A stretch of DNA of 35,107 nucleotides from Polaromonas sp. (GCA_023259235.1 JAHFQQ010000002.1:1-35107), one strand, 5' to 3'; counted from the first letter of the stretch, positions 1-10,162 are shown. Translations and numbers: made by a program. Notes: generated by a model from the letters alone, not told the origin.

Positions 1-757
1 CAGCCCTGTCGGCGCGCTTGAACTGGCCGCTGTCCATCGCCGCGCGCAGCTTCATTACTTCAGAGGCGGATTGCGTAAAGTTGACATACATGGGGTTGAT
101 TTGCTGGATCACGGCAAGCTGGGTAACCTCCCCCTGGCCAACCAGTGCGCCCTCCGTAACCAGCGCACGGCCAATGCGGCCTGAAATTGGCGCAGTGACC
201 GAGGCATAGCCCAGATTGATGTCAGCCGTTTGTACATTCGCCCTGCCTACGGCTACGTCGGCTTCGGCCTGCTTTTGCGCCGCCACGGCATTGGCGTATT
301 CCTGCTTGCTGACTGCATTGGCTTCAACCAGCGGCTTGTAACGCTCCGCCAGCCCCTTGGCCTGTGCCAGGTTGGCTTCAGCGCGAGCCTGACCGGCCTT
401 GGCGCTGGCGACCGCAGCGGCGTAGGGAGCGGCGTCGATGCTGAACAGCAGTTGCTCCGCCTTCACGTCACTGCCTTCGCGAAATAGCCTTTTTTGCAAA
501 ATCCCGGCGGCCCGTGCCCTGACCTGAGCGACGCGCGAGGCTTCAAGACGGCCCGGCAATTCAGTCACAAGACCGACATTGCCCTGCGTCACGGTGACCA
601 CGCCGACTTCGGTTGGTGGTGGCGCTGCGCCACCCTGCAAATTTTCACGTTTGCCGCATCCAGCCAAAGCCAAAGAAAGTGCAGCAACCACAACCAGCGG
701 CAAAACGTAGGCGGAATCGGAAATCCTGCCAGTCTGAAGAAAACGGGAAACAGGCAT
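1..757 (-). CDS. acrA: RND efflux periplasmic adaptor lipoprotein (AcrA/MexA family), 3' part outside window
   Basis: Manual minus-strand translation from ATG at 757: MPVSRFLQ...LSLALAGCGK (lipobox LAGC)...TELPGRLEASRVAQVRARAAGILQKRLFREGSDVKAEQLLFSIDAAPY, a typical membrane fusion protein. It is absent from the ORF track because it runs off the window edge. Confidence 0.9.
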   Translation of the reverse strand, partial: MPVSRFLQTGRISDSAYVLPLVVVAALSLALAGCGKRENLQGGAAPPPTEVGVVTVTQGNVGLVTELPGRLEASRVAQVRARAAGILQKRLFREGSDVKAEQLLFSIDAAPYAAAVASAKAGQARAEANLAQAKGLAERYKPLVEANAVSKQEYANAVAAQKQAEADVAVGRANVQTADINLGYASVTAPISGRIGRALVTEGALVGQGEVTQLAVIQQINPMYVNFTQSASEVMKLRAAMDSGQFKRADRA

Positions 758-1123
758 GTTGACCCTGAAATTTTTTTAAATGAAGCATAAACAAGCCACG
801 CGACGTCGACGATTGTGGCAAGAACGAAGCGCCAAAGGGCGTAAGAATAATGGCTTTTATGGAATTTGAAGTTTACATGAATGGCACGTGCCCTGTCGTC
901 TCCCACACGTGGCCACGAATCCCGGTTTTACGGCGAGCCCGGGCGTACGGAACCTGTCAACCAGCGATAGGGCTTGGGTCGTCGTCTGCGCATTCGCGGC
1001 TCGCCCAGGATGCTTTCGGTCGTCTTGAAATTGGGCAGGATGCCGTCAATGCCCTCTTTGCCGCTTGGGGTTTCCCAATGGTCAGGAAGCCACTATTGCA
1101 CCCGGCAGCATTACAGAACAGGA

Positions 1124-1759
1124 CTAATGAAGATGCCGCGGCTTGCGGCCGCCGCCGTGGCCTGATCCGCCTTGCGCCCCGCCAAAACCACGCGGTGGCC
1201 TGCCAAGTTGCATGGAATTGACCAGCGCATCGAACCGGCGCTCAAACAGCTTGTCAATAGCCGCGACAACTTCACCAAGCTCGGAAGCATCAAAATGCCG
1301 CTCCATAAGACCGATCATGTCTTGCACCAGCAGGTCGCGCTGAACCTGCATGATCGCAGCCGGCGTGGGGCCGACAAAGTACATGGCGAAGTCGTCGCGT
1401 GCCTCGTCGTCATTCGAGCCCTCTTACTCCTCGTTAAAGTCAGAATCGTAGAAGGTCACTTCAATGGGCGCACCGATCTCGGCCAGCTCATTGAGCCCCA
1501 TGCACATTTCATCGAGTGCCTGGCGGAAATCTTCATCTCCCGGCACCGTCCAGCACATCTGCAGCAAATGCTTGTGAGCATCGAACTGGATGCCGGGTTC
1601 TTCTTCATAAACACTTGCAGCACCGGCAGCCAGTGATTTTGAGCCCGCATACTTCCACAGCGGCTTGAGAGCCTCCTGCAATTGCTCAAAACTGACAGTG
1701 GCACGCAAGGGCACTTCGCCATGCACATGAATTTCAAATGGGGTGTTGTAGCGAGTCAT
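1124..1759 (-). pseudogene. Conserved hypothetical protein (~210 aa) interrupted by one in-frame TAA
   Basis: ORFs 1424..1759 and 1124..1384 are in the same frame. The junction reads FNEE*EGSNDDEARDDFAMYFVGPTP, with TAA at 1424-1426 inside an acidic linker (likely GAA>TAA). Confidence 0.75.
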
Positions 1760-1814
1760 GGAATTTATCTTACCCAGTTTTCAAGGGGCCAGCCGACACG
1801 TGCTTGAGCGCCAG

Positions 1815-1907
1815 TGGTGCCTGAGACCGGGATCGAACCGGTACGCCCCTTATGCAGGAAGCGGCGGATTTTAAGTCCGCTGTGTCTACCTATTTCACCA
1901 CTCAGGC
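1815..1907 (-). tRNA. tRNA-Leu(TAA)
   Basis: GCCTGAGTGGTGAAATAGGTAGACAC...GCGGA-CTTAAAA-TCCGC, long variable arm, GGTTCGATCC, CCA end. Confidence 0.97.
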
Positions 1908-1940
1908 CCGAGCGCGCGCAGGGATTGTGTATTGTCAAAC

Positions 1941-1964
1941 AAAAAAAGCCCCGTGGCAGGGGCT
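1941..1964 (-). terminator. Intrinsic terminator-like hairpin after tRNA-Cys
   Basis: Minus strand AGCCCC-TGCCAC-GGGGCT followed by a T-run. Confidence 0.6.
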
Positions 1965-1981
1965 GGTCGCAATGATTTTAC

Positions 1982-2055
1982 TGGAGGCGCGGCCCGGAGT
2001 CGAACCGGGCTAGCCGGATTTGCAATCCGGTACATAACCGCTTTGTTACCGCGCC
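1982..2055 (-). tRNA. tRNA-Cys(GCA)
   Basis: GGCGCGGTAACAAAGCGG...CCGGA-TTGCAAA-TCCGG...GGTTCGACTCC...CCA, 74 nt. Confidence 0.97.
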
Positions 2056-2112
2056 ATGTCCTGTCTGATCCAACGAAAAAGGACAGCACTTCTGAAGTGC
2101 TGCCCTTTGAAT

Positions 2113-2188
2113 TGGAGCGGGAGAAGAGTCTCGAACTCTCGACCTCAACCTTGGCAAGGTTGCGCTCTACCAACTGAGCTACTCCCGC
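2113..2188 (-). tRNA. tRNA-Gly(GCC)
   Basis: GCGGGAGTAGCTCAGTTGGTAGAGCG-CAACC-TTGCCAA-GGTTG...GTTCGAG...CCA, 76 nt. Gly-Cys-Leu order as in glyW-cysT-leuZ. Confidence 0.97.
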
Positions 2189-2202
2189 GTTTACAGCCTC
2201 GT

Positions 2203-2232
2203 ATTGTAGCGTAATTTTTCATGCTTTTTCAA
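2203..2232 (-). promoter_or_regulatory. Sigma70-like promoter of the tRNA cluster
   Basis: TTGAAA-N18-TACAAT, ending 14 nt upstream of tRNA-Gly. Confidence 0.55.
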
Positions 2233-2249
2233 CACAGCAAAAACCCGAT

Positions 2250-4688
2250 TCAGTGTTTCACCGCATCGGCTACTGCCGCCGCTGCAGCCGGCGCAACAGC
2301 AGCGCCGGACAGAGCCACCACAGGCGCTTCATCGGGCAGTGCAATGGGCTGGCGCTCCAGCGCCACCTGCAGCACCTGATCTATCCATTTCACCGGAACG
2401 ATCTCAAGGCCACTCTTCACGTTATCGGGAATCTCCTGCAGGTCTTTGGCATTTTCCTCGGGAATCAACACCGTCTTGATGCCGCCACGCAAGGCAGCCA
2501 GCAGTTTTTCCTTCAGGCCGCCAATGGCTGTCACCTCGCCGCGCAGGGTGATCTCACCGGTCATGGCTACATCGCCGCGCACCGGAATCCCGGTCAGGGC
2601 CGAAACAAACGCGGTGGTCATGGCAGCACCGGCGCTCGGGCCATCTTTCGGCGTGGCACCATCGGGCACGTGAATGTGGATATCACGTTTTTCAAACAGT
2701 TCATCCTTGATGCCCAGACGCCTTGCGCGACTGCGCACCACCGTACGGGCTGCCTCGACGGATTCCTTCATGACATCGCCGAGTGAACCGGTACGCGTGA
2801 TCACGCCTTTGCCAGGCATGACGGCGGCCTCGATTGTCAGCAAATCACCGCCGACTTCCGTCCACGCCAGGCCGACGACCTGGCCGACCTGGTTTTGCTG
2901 CTCCGCCCGGCCATAATTGAATTTGCGTACGCCCAAAAAATCGTTGAGGTTGTCTGCGGTGACCACCACTTTGGGTGTCATTTTCTTGAGCTGGATGCCT
3001 TTGACTACCTTGCGGCAGATTTTGGAAAGATCACGCTCCAGTGAACGCACACCGGCTTCGCGCGTGTAATAACGCACGATGTCACACACCGCCTGCTCGG
3101 TGATTTCGAGTTCATCCGCCTTGACGCCATTGTTCTTCATCTGCTTGGGCAGCAGATAACGCATGGCAATGTTGATTTTTTCGTCCTCTGTGTAGCCCGA
3201 AAGACGTATTACCTCCATGCGATCGAGCAGGGCTGATGGAATATTCATCGAGTTCGATGTGGCAACGAACATCACGTCGCTCAAGTCGAAATCAACTTCG
3301 ACATAGTGGTCGCCGAAGGTGTGGTTCTGCTCCGGATCAAGCACTTCAAGCAACGCGCTTGAGGGATCGCCACGGAAGTCAGTGCCCAGCTTGTCGATCT
3401 CATCGAGCAAAAACAACGGATTGCGCGTGCCCACCTTGGCCAGACTCTGCAACACCTTGCCCGGCAGGGCGCCGATGTAGGTGCGGCGGTGGCCGCGAAT
3501 TTCCGCCTCGTCACGCATGCCCCCCAGAGCCACACGCACATACTTGCGCCCTGTTGCCTTGGCAATCGACTGTCCCAGCGATGTTTTTCCGACGCCCGGG
3601 GGCCCTACGAGGCAAAGAATCGGGCCCTTGAGTTTGTCAACCCGCTGCTGCACCGCGAGGTATTCAACAATCCGGTCCTTGACTTTTTCCAGGCCGTAAT
3701 GGTCCTCATTGAGCACATCTTCGGCATGAACCAGATCGTGCTTGATCTTGGTCTTCTTGCTCCAGGGCAAGCCCGTCAGGACATCAATGTAGGTGCGCAC
3801 CACCGTTGCCTCAGCCGACATGGGCGACATGAGTTTGAGTTTCTTGAGCTCGCTCTCGGCTTTTTTCCGGGCTTCCGGCGGCATTCTGGCGGCCTTGATC
3901 TTCTTTTCGATCTCGTCAACGTCGGCGCCGTCTTCACCCTCTCCCAATTCCTTCTGGATCGCTTTTACCTGTTCGTTGAGATAAAAGTCGCGCTGATTCT
4001 TTTCCATCTGGCGCTTGACGCGGCCACGGATTTTCTTGTCGACGTTGAGAATGTCGACCTCGCGCTCGAGTTGCTCATAAAGGTTTTCAAGGCGCGTCTT
4101 GACATTGTCGAGATCGAGGATGGCCTGCTTGGCATCGAGCTTGAGCGGCAGGTGGGCGGCAATCGTGTCCGCAAGGCGCCCCGCATCATCGATGCTTGAG
4201 ATCGACGTCAGGATTTCCGGCGGAATTTTCTTGTTCAATTTGACGTAGTGGTCGAATTGCTGCATGACGGCGCGGCGCAGGGCTTCAATTTCGCTGCTGT
4301 TGTCGCTGCCAGCCACCACTGCCACCTCAACCGGCGTTACGTTGGCTGAAAAGTACAGTTCGCCTTCCTCGATTTTATTGACCCTGGCGCGCTGCTGCCC
4401 TTCAACCAGCACCTTGACAGTGCCATCAGGCAGTTTGAGCATCTGCAAAATGGTGGCGACGCAGCCTACCTCGAACATATCCTCGACCGAGGGCTCGTCC
4501 TTGGCCGCGGTTTTTTGGGCTACCAGCATGATCCGGCGCTCTGCCTCCATGGCCGATTCGAGCGCCTTGATGCTCTTGGGGCGTCCCACAAAGAGTGGAA
4601 TCACCATATGCGGAAAGACCACCACGTCGCGCAGCGGCAGCAGCGGCAGATCGACGGGCGTGGAAGGAAGGAAAGTTTGTCCGGACAT
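2250..4688 (-). CDS. lon: ATP-dependent Lon protease
   Basis: LPLRDVVVFP N-domain, Walker A GPPGVGKT, catalytic DGPSAG and IGGLKEK. Start placed at MSGQTF (ATG 4688). Confidence 0.98.
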   Translation of the reverse strand: MSGQTFLPSTPVDLPLLPLRDVVVFPHMVIPLFVGRPKSIKALESAMEAERRIMLVAQKTAAKDEPSVEDMFEVGCVATILQMLKLPDGTVKVLVEGQQRARVNKIEEGELYFSANVTPVEVAVVAGSDNSSEIEALRRAVMQQFDHYVKLNKKIPPEILTSISSIDDAGRLADTIAAHLPLKLDAKQAILDLDNVKTRLENLYEQLEREVDILNVDKKIRGRVKRQMEKNQRDFYLNEQVKAIQKELGEGEDGADVDEIEKKIKAARMPPEARKKAESELKKLKLMSPMSAEATVVRTYIDVLTGLPWSKKTKIKHDLVHAEDVLNEDHYGLEKVKDRIVEYLAVQQRVDKLKGPILCLVGPPGVGKTSLGQSIAKATGRKYVRVALGGMRDEAEIRGHRRTYIGALPGKVLQSLAKVGTRNPLFLLDEIDKLGTDFRGDPSSALLEVLDPEQNHTFGDHYVEVDFDLSDVMFVATSNSMNIPSALLDRMEVIRLSGYTEDEKINIAMRYLLPKQMKNNGVKADELEITEQAVCDIVRYYTREAGVRSLERDLSKICRKVVKGIQLKKMTPKVVVTADNLNDFLGVRKFNYGRAEQQNQVGQVVGLAWTEVGGDLLTIEAAVMPGKGVITRTGSLGDVMKESVEAARTVVRSRARRLGIKDELFEKRDIHIHVPDGATPKDGPSAGAAMTTAFVSALTGIPVRGDVAMTGEITLRGEVTAIGGLKEKLLAALRGGIKTVLIPEENAKDLQEIPDNVKSGLEIVPVKWIDQVLQVALERQPIALPDEAPVVALSGAAVAPAAAAAVADAVKH

Positions 4689-4757
4689 ATAAACCTTAAA
4701 CGTTAGACTGAAACGCAAAGACCCGTTTCAGGGCCAGGCGAAACACCATTCACCCTG

Positions 4758-4785
4758 AGGTGGGGCGAACGCAGCTCTTTTCAAG
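4758..4785 (-). promoter_or_regulatory. Sigma32 (RpoH)-type promoter for lon
   Basis: CTTGAAA-N13-CCCCACCT, close to the RpoH consensus CTTGAAA-N13/14-CCCCATNT, upstream of a classic heat-shock gene. Confidence 0.7.
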
Positions 4786-4816
4786 CACACTTGTCCGGGC
4801 CGGCCTCATCGGGCAT

Positions 4817-6082
4817 TCAGGCTTTCTTTGCCGTTTCGCGGTACACCAGCAACGGCGGCTTGTTTTCTTCAATCGTGGACTCATCCACGACCACCTTATC
4901 GACATTGCCTACGTTGGGCAAATCAAACATGGTATCGATCAACGCCTGCTCCAGAATCGAGCGCAAGCCGCGCGCACCGGTCTTGCGGGCCAGTGCCTTG
5001 CGTGCGATGGCTTTCAGCGCGGATGGCCGAATCTCCAGATCCACGCCCTCCATCGAGAGCAGTTTGCTGAACTGCTTGACCACCGCATTTTTTGGTTCGG
5101 TCAGAATTTGCACCAGGGCATCCTCGCTGAGTTCAGCCAATGTGGCAACGACCGGCATGCGGCCCACCAACTCCGGAATCAGGCCAAACTTGATCAGATC
5201 TTCGGGCTCAACTTCCTTGAAAGCTTCCGTCAAGGTACGCGCTTTCTTGCTCTTGACGGTAGCGCCAAATCCAATACCCGAGGCTTCAGTGCGGTTTTCG
5301 ATCACCTTTTCCAATCCGGAAAAAGCCCCTCCGCAAATGAAAAGAATATTGGTGGTATCGACTTGCAGGAAATCCTGGTTCGGATGCTTGCGGCCTCCTT
5401 GCGGCGGCACTGAAGCCATCGTGCCTTCGATCAGCTTGAGCAATGCCTGCTGCACCCCTTCGCCCGACACGTCGCGGGTGATCGACGGATTATCGGACTT
5501 GCGGGAAATCTTGTCGATCTCGTCGATATAGACGATCCCCTGCTGGGCGCGCTCGACTTCATAGTTGCAGCTCTGCAGCAATTTCTGGATGATGTTTTCA
5601 ACGTCTTCACCCACATACCCGGCTTCGGTCAAGGTGGTGGCATCCGCCATCACAAAAGGCACATTGAGTGTGCGCGCCAGCGTCTGGGCCAGCAACGTCT
5701 TGCCTGAGCCGGTAGGGCCGATCAGCAAAATGTTGCTCTTGGTCAGTTCGACATCGTCCTTTTTGGCATGTTCCTTGTGGCGCAGGCGTTTGTAGTGGTT
5801 GTACACGGCAACCGCCAGCGTGCGCTTGGCCGATTCCTGGCCAATTACATAGCCATCAAGGGCTGCCTTGACTTCGGCCGGAGTCGGCAAGTCGCCGCGG
5901 GTTTCGGCTACATCGATACCAGCGGGCAACTCGTCGCGGATGATCTCGTTGCACAGATCGATGCACTCATCGCAAATAAAAACCGATGGGCCGGCGATCA
6001 GTTTCTTGACTTCGTGCTGACTTTTACCGCAGAAAGAGCAGTACAAAGTCTTTTCGCTTGAGGAGCCTTTTTTCTCGGCCAT
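4817..6082 (-). CDS. clpX: ClpX ATPase
   Basis: Zinc finger CSFCGK...[16 protein letters not shown] pore loop, IGF loop. Start at MAEKKG (ATG 6082). Confidence 0.98.
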   Translation of the reverse strand: MAEKKGSSSEKTLYCSFCGKSQHEVKKLIAGPSVFICDECIDLCNEIIRDELPAGIDVAETRGDLPTPAEVKAALDGYVIGQESAKRTLAVAVYNHYKRLRHKEHAKKDDVELTKSNILLIGPTGSGKTLLAQTLARTLNVPFVMADATTLTEAGYVGEDVENIIQKLLQSCNYEVERAQQGIVYIDEIDKISRKSDNPSITRDVSGEGVQQALLKLIEGTMASVPPQGGRKHPNQDFLQVDTTNILFICGGAFSGLEKVIENRTEASGIGFGATVKSKKARTLTEAFKEVEPEDLIKFGLIPELVGRMPVVATLAELSEDALVQILTEPKNAVVKQFSKLLSMEGVDLEIRPSALKAIARKALARKTGARGLRSILEQALIDTMFDLPNVGNVDKVVVDESTIEENKPPLLVYRETAKKA

Positions 6083-6139
6083 GGGTGGAGCGCCTTTAAG
6101 ATGGCTTGGATGAATTGTTATCCAATGATAACCAATAGG

Positions 6140-6170
6140 AAAACGGCGTTTTCCATTACAGAAAACGCCG
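6140..6170 (-). terminator. Hairpin between clpP and clpX
   Basis: 10-bp stem CGGCGTTTTC/GAAAACGCCG with a 7-nt loop, followed by TTTT on the minus strand. Confidence 0.5.
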
Positions 6171-6196
6171 CTTTCGACCTGCAACCCGAAGTTTTT

Positions 6197-6853
6197 TCAG
6201 GAACGCCTGGAAATAACCTGATCCACCACTCCGTAGGCCTTGGCCTCGTCGGCAAACATGAAATAGTCACGCTCGGTGTCGCGTTCAATTTTTTCGACGG
6301 TCTGGCCCGTATTGGCAGCCAGGATTCGATTGAGCTGATCGCGCGTTTTCAGAATGTCACGAGCGTGAATTTCGATATCGCTTGCCTGGCCCTGGGCGCC
6401 GCCAGACGGCTGGTGAATCATCACACGCGAATTGGGTAGCGTAAAGCGCTTGCCCTTTACGCCCGCTGACAGCAAAAACGCGCCCATGCTGGCTGCCATG
6501 CCGACGCAAAGCGTGGAAACGTCCGGCTTGATGAACTGCATGGTGTCATAAATTGCCATGCCAGCCGTCACGGAACCACCCGGCGAGTTGATGTAAAAGG
6601 AAATATCCTTGTCGGGATTCTCGCTTTCCAGGAACAACAGCTGCGCCACCACAAGATTGGCCGTCTGGTCATTAACCGGGCCAACCAGGAAAATTACGCG
6701 CTCCTTGAGCAAGCGCGAATAAATGTCGTAAGAGCGCTCACCGCGACCGGACTGTTCGATCACCATGGGCACCATGCCCAGGCCCTGCGTATCCTGCGCA
6801 CCGGCCTGTAGCCGGCCGTAGCCATCCCCATAAATACTGTCTCGAGGCATCAT
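6197..6853 (-). CDS. clpP: ClpP protease subunit
   Basis: [28 protein letters not shown] (Ser), MIHQP (His). Exact start uncertain (6853 or 6850). Confidence 0.97.
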   Translation of the reverse strand: MMPRDSIYGDGYGRLQAGAQDTQGLGMVPMVIEQSGRGERSYDIYSRLLKERVIFLVGPVNDQTANLVVAQLLFLESENPDKDISFYINSPGGSVTAGMAIYDTMQFIKPDVSTLCVGMAASMGAFLLSAGVKGKRFTLPNSRVMIHQPSGGAQGQASDIEIHARDILKTRDQLNRILAANTGQTVEKIERDTERDYFMFADEAKAYGVVDQVISRRS

Positions 6854-6889
6854 GTTTTCTCCAGAGATGTTTGTACTGTAACCAAAATG

Positions 6890-6921
6890 AAATGGGGCCT
6901 GCGCCACGAAGCACAAGCCCC
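6890..6921 (-). promoter_or_regulatory. Overlapping tig terminator-like hairpin and sigma32-like promoter for clpP
   Basis: GGGGCTTGTGC-TTCGTG-GCGCAGGCCCC-ATTTCATTTT, which also contains CTTGTGC-N13-CCCCATTT. Confidence 0.45.
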
Positions 6922-6946
6922 AAGGCCGGAAGAAGCCGCGCGGGTT

Positions 6947-8257
6947 TCAGTTCTGGCTCATCAGGTCGTCAAACGAAATGGCTTTGTCCACTACCCTGGC
7001 CTTGCTCAAAACGAACTCGGTCACGTTGTTTTCAATCACAATGGCCTCCACTTCCGCCATGCGCCGCTTGTCACTCAGGTACCAGCGCACCACATCCTGC
7101 GGCTTTTCATAGCTGGCCGCGAGCTCTTCAATATGGGCCTTGATCTGTTCGGGTTTGGCTTGCAGCTCGTTGGCGCGCACAAGTTCAGCGACCACCAGGC
7201 CCAGGCGCACCCGCTTTTCCGCTTGCGGCCGGAACAGGTCATCAGGAATCGGAGCCTTGTCCGCGTCCTTGATGCCGCGCTGCTTCAGGTCTGCGCGGGC
7301 ACCTTCGATCATGCTGTCCACTTCGGCCTGCACACTCGACTTGGGCAAATCAAGCTCGGCATTGGCAACCAGCGCATCCATCACGGCGTTCTTGTTTCGG
7401 GCCAACAGGCGGAATTTGACCTCGCGTTCGAGGTTTTTCCTGATGTCGGCGCGCAGCCCTTCCACCGTTTCATCGGCAATACCCAGCGACTTGGCCAGCG
7501 CTTCGTTGACTTCAGGCAGGTGTGCTGCCTCGATTTTCTTCACCGTCACCAGAAAATCCGCCTGTTTGCCGGCCACTTCCTTGCCGTGATAATCGGCGGG
7601 GAAGTTCAGCGGGAAGGTTTTGCTTTCACCACTTTTCATGCCGCGCACGGCATCCTCGAATTCCTTGAGCATCTGGCCCTCGCCCACCAGGAACTGGAAC
7701 CCTTCGGCTTTGCCGCCAGCGAAGGGTTCGCCGTCGATCTTGCCTTCAAAGTCGATGGTCACGCGGTCCCCTTCCTGGGCCGGAGCATCTGCGGCACGCT
7801 GGGCGAAAGTGCGGCGCTGCTTGCGCAGGATGTCCAGGGTCTTGTCGATTGCCGCATCGCTCACCTCGGCGCTGACCTTTTCGACTTCAGCGCCCGCCAG
7901 ATCGGCAATCTTGACTTCGGGATAGACCTCGAAAACCGCATCAAAAGTCAGTTCCCCCTCGGGCGCGCCCTCCTTTTCGTTGATGCTGGGCTGACCCGCA
8001 ACGCGCAGCTTCGCCTCATTGGCCGCGGCGGCAAACGCTTCACCCACCTTGTCGTTCATGACCTCGTAATGCACCGAGTATCCGTAGCGCTGGGTAACGA
8101 CGCTCATGGGAACTTTCCCGGGTCGAAAGCCGTCCATTTTTACGGTGCGCGCCAGACGTTTCAGACGGCTATCAACTTCCGACTGGATGATATTGAGGGG
8201 TAGCGTCAGCGTCAATTTGCGCTCGAGCTTTTCAAGAGTTTCAACAGTCACGGCCAT
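6947..8257 (-). CDS. tig: Trigger factor
   Basis: Ribosome-binding motif GFRPGKVP, FKBP domain, canonical tig-clpP-clpX-lon order. Confidence 0.98.
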   Translation of the reverse strand: MAVTVETLEKLERKLTLTLPLNIIQSEVDSRLKRLARTVKMDGFRPGKVPMSVVTQRYGYSVHYEVMNDKVGEAFAAAANEAKLRVAGQPSINEKEGAPEGELTFDAVFEVYPEVKIADLAGAEVEKVSAEVSDAAIDKTLDILRKQRRTFAQRAADAPAQEGDRVTIDFEGKIDGEPFAGGKAEGFQFLVGEGQMLKEFEDAVRGMKSGESKTFPLNFPADYHGKEVAGKQADFLVTVKKIEAAHLPEVNEALAKSLGIADETVEGLRADIRKNLEREVKFRLLARNKNAVMDALVANAELDLPKSSVQAEVDSMIEGARADLKQRGIKDADKAPIPDDLFRPQAEKRVRLGLVVAELVRANELQAKPEQIKAHIEELAASYEKPQDVVRWYLSDKRRMAEVEAIVIENNVTEFVLSKARVVDKAISFDDLMSQN

Positions 8258-8374
8258 GATGGTTTCCTAAAGTCAAAAATAGTCGAATCAGGGCTTGCAC
8301 CTGATATGCTGCGGTAAATCAGCAACTCCGCAGAGTTCCCGGAGCAACGCTTGTTGCCCGCAAAATCCCCGGGT

Positions 8375-8461
8375 TGGTGCGCGGGGGGGGACTCGAACCC
8401 CCACACCATTGCTGGCGTCAGGACCTAAACCTGGTGCGTCTACCAATTTCGCCACCCGCGC
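8375..8461 (-). tRNA. tRNA-Leu(TAG)
   Basis: GCGCGGGTGGCGAAATTGGTAGACGC...CAGG-TTTAGGT-CCTG...GGTTCGAGTCC...CCA, 87 nt, upstream of tig. Confidence 0.97.
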
Positions 8462-8675
8462 GCCTGAAAAAACAACGGGAACCCGAACATATTCAGAATT
8501 CCCGTTTGAAATCGATCAACATTCTATTTTAGCCTGTATCCAACACGCCCAAGGAAATTGAGACATCCGGGGTTTTGAGACATTGTCACCACGCAGGTAC
8601 AGAGGGCGTGACCTGCCCCCTCCCAGTCGTACCAACATAAATTCCAGGAAGTCCGTCACCAGGATATTGTTATTG

Positions 8676-8689
8676 ACTAACTGGTTAGT
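8676..8689. promoter_or_regulatory. Palindromic operator-like site upstream of hpnC
   Basis: ACTAAC-TG-GTTAGT, overlapping a TTGACT hexamer. The shape resembles TetR-family operators. Confidence 0.4.
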
Positions 8690-8733
8690 GATTTGTTGCA
8701 GACGAGAAAGCTCGTCAAGCGACAATGCACCGC

Positions 8734-9609
8734 ATGCCGCAAAACCTCTCCTCACCCGCATCCCGCAGCCCTGGTGAGGCGGACCTGCTCAAGGGAATCC
8801 GCCACTACGAGAACTTTCCGGTGGCATCCGTGCTCTGCCTGCCGCGCCTGCGCCCGGCCATTGCCGCCATCTACTGGTTTGCCCGCACCGCCGACGACAT
8901 CGCCGACGAGGGTGATGCCACCCCATCCGCGCGGCTGAGCGATCTGGCGGCCTACCGCTCCGACCTGATGGCGGTGGCCAGCGGCCGGCCGTTCTCGCCG
9001 CGCTGGGCCGCCGTGTTTGAGCGTCTGGGCCCGACGATCACGCAGTTCAGCCTGCCCGTGAATTTGCTGACCGATCTGCTCAGTGCATTCGAGCAGGACG
9101 TGGTCAAACAGCGCTACGCCAACGAGGCCGAACTGCTGGACTACTGCCGCCGTTCGGCCAATCCGGTGGGCCGATTGCTGCTGCACCTCTACGGTATTGA
9201 AGACGCACGCTCGCTGCGGCAAAGCGATTGCATCTGCACCGCCCTGCAACTCATCAACTTCTGGCAAGACCTGAGCGTGGACATTACGCGCGGCCGGATT
9301 TATCTGCCTGCCGACGCCCGGCAGGCGCATGGCGTTGAAGAGGCGCAACTGCTAGCGCTGGAAAGCAACCTGAATACTATTAATTTGATAGCTTACTGCT
9401 CCCGTTCTGGAAGGGCAACCATGCTAAAAGGCTCACAACTTGCGAAAGATGTGCCGGGTCGCGCCGGTTGGGAATTGCGGCTGGTGGTGCAGGGAGGCCT
9501 GCGCATACTCGACAAGATCGAGGCGCTGAACTTCAACACCCTGCAGCAACGGCCCAAGCTCAACGCCTGGGATGTGATGGTCATGGGTTGGCGCGCTTTA
9601 TTTATGTGA
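8734..9609 (+). CDS. hpnC: Hydroxysqualene synthase HpnC
   Basis: HYENFPVAS, FARTADDIADE, YCRRSANPVGR, LQLINFWQD. Start may be 8725 or 8734. Confidence 0.95.
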   Translation: MPQNLSSPASRSPGEADLLKGIRHYENFPVASVLCLPRLRPAIAAIYWFARTADDIADEGDATPSARLSDLAAYRSDLMAVASGRPFSPRWAAVFERLGPTITQFSLPVNLLTDLLSAFEQDVVKQRYANEAELLDYCRRSANPVGRLLLHLYGIEDARSLRQSDCICTALQLINFWQDLSVDITRGRIYLPADARQAHGVEEAQLLALESNLNTINLIAYCSRSGRATMLKGSQLAKDVPGRAGWELRLVVQGGLRILDKIEALNFNTLQQRPKLNAWDVMVMGWRALFM

Positions 9610-10140
9610 TGGACAATAGGCGACCATGGCGCTGCCCGCTCAGCACCTTGCACGAACCCGTTAGTGGATTACTTTAGAAATAATTGATGGGAACCATGAC
9701 CAGAGGCTGTCGGCCGAGCTTGGCACCCTATTGGCAACCACGCCTGGCACTCCTCCACATCGAAACGTTCGCTGTTGCCGACGCCAACGGAGCTATTGAT
9801 GAAGCAAAGGCAGATCGGCTCCAGCCCGTAACAAACGATTTTCCGTTGCTGCGGTGATCGCGCATGGCACTTGGCTGGCAACGGCAAAAGCAAGCTCTGG
9901 ACAGCACCCAATCGCGACACCTTCCATTCACTTGAACCCCCTGATTTGCTGCCACTTGGAGTAGTCTTTACCATCGCCGCGACGCGCGAATCACTGTCCG
10001 GATTCCGAGAATGCGGAGCAGTCAGTATCAGTCTTCAAAGAAACCCAGATTTCATGCGCCTTGCAATTCGATACTGCCCACGCCGTCGCAACACTCAGCG
10101 ATAACCAATTTATTTTGTTCGACACTTAACCGCACACTAC

Positions 10141-10162
10141 TGAATCGCCCCGGGGCGATTCA
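10141..10162. repeat. 22-bp perfect palindrome made of fused IS3-family (IS51/IS629-like) terminal repeats
   Basis: TGAATCGCCCCGGGGCGATTCA. The same ends occur at 15200 and 18154-18167, and a degenerate copy at 25753. Confidence 0.8.

Noticed and set aside
1895-2177. ORFs overlapping the tRNA cluster
   Set aside because: The region is fully explained by three tRNA genes.
6770-6916. Unusually long ClpP N-terminus in the ORF track
   Set aside because: The upstream part overlaps the tig terminator/promoter region, and a short propeptide before MVPMVIEQ is normal for ClpP.
2253-8203. Long plus-strand ORFs antisense to lon, clpX and tig (e.g. 6887..8203, 438 aa), and similar shadow ORFs across the island
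   Set aside because: They are antisense shadows of GC-rich, codon-biased genes, with no recognisable motifs or RBS.
8375-9660. tRNA-Leu as the island integration site
   Set aside because: The tRNA 3' end faces tig, away from the island. I saw no duplicated tRNA 3' end and no integrase in the window.
9669-10104. Short ORFs at the island's left edge (101, 75 and 77 aa)
   Set aside because: No supportable family signature or RBS; probably decayed sequence.
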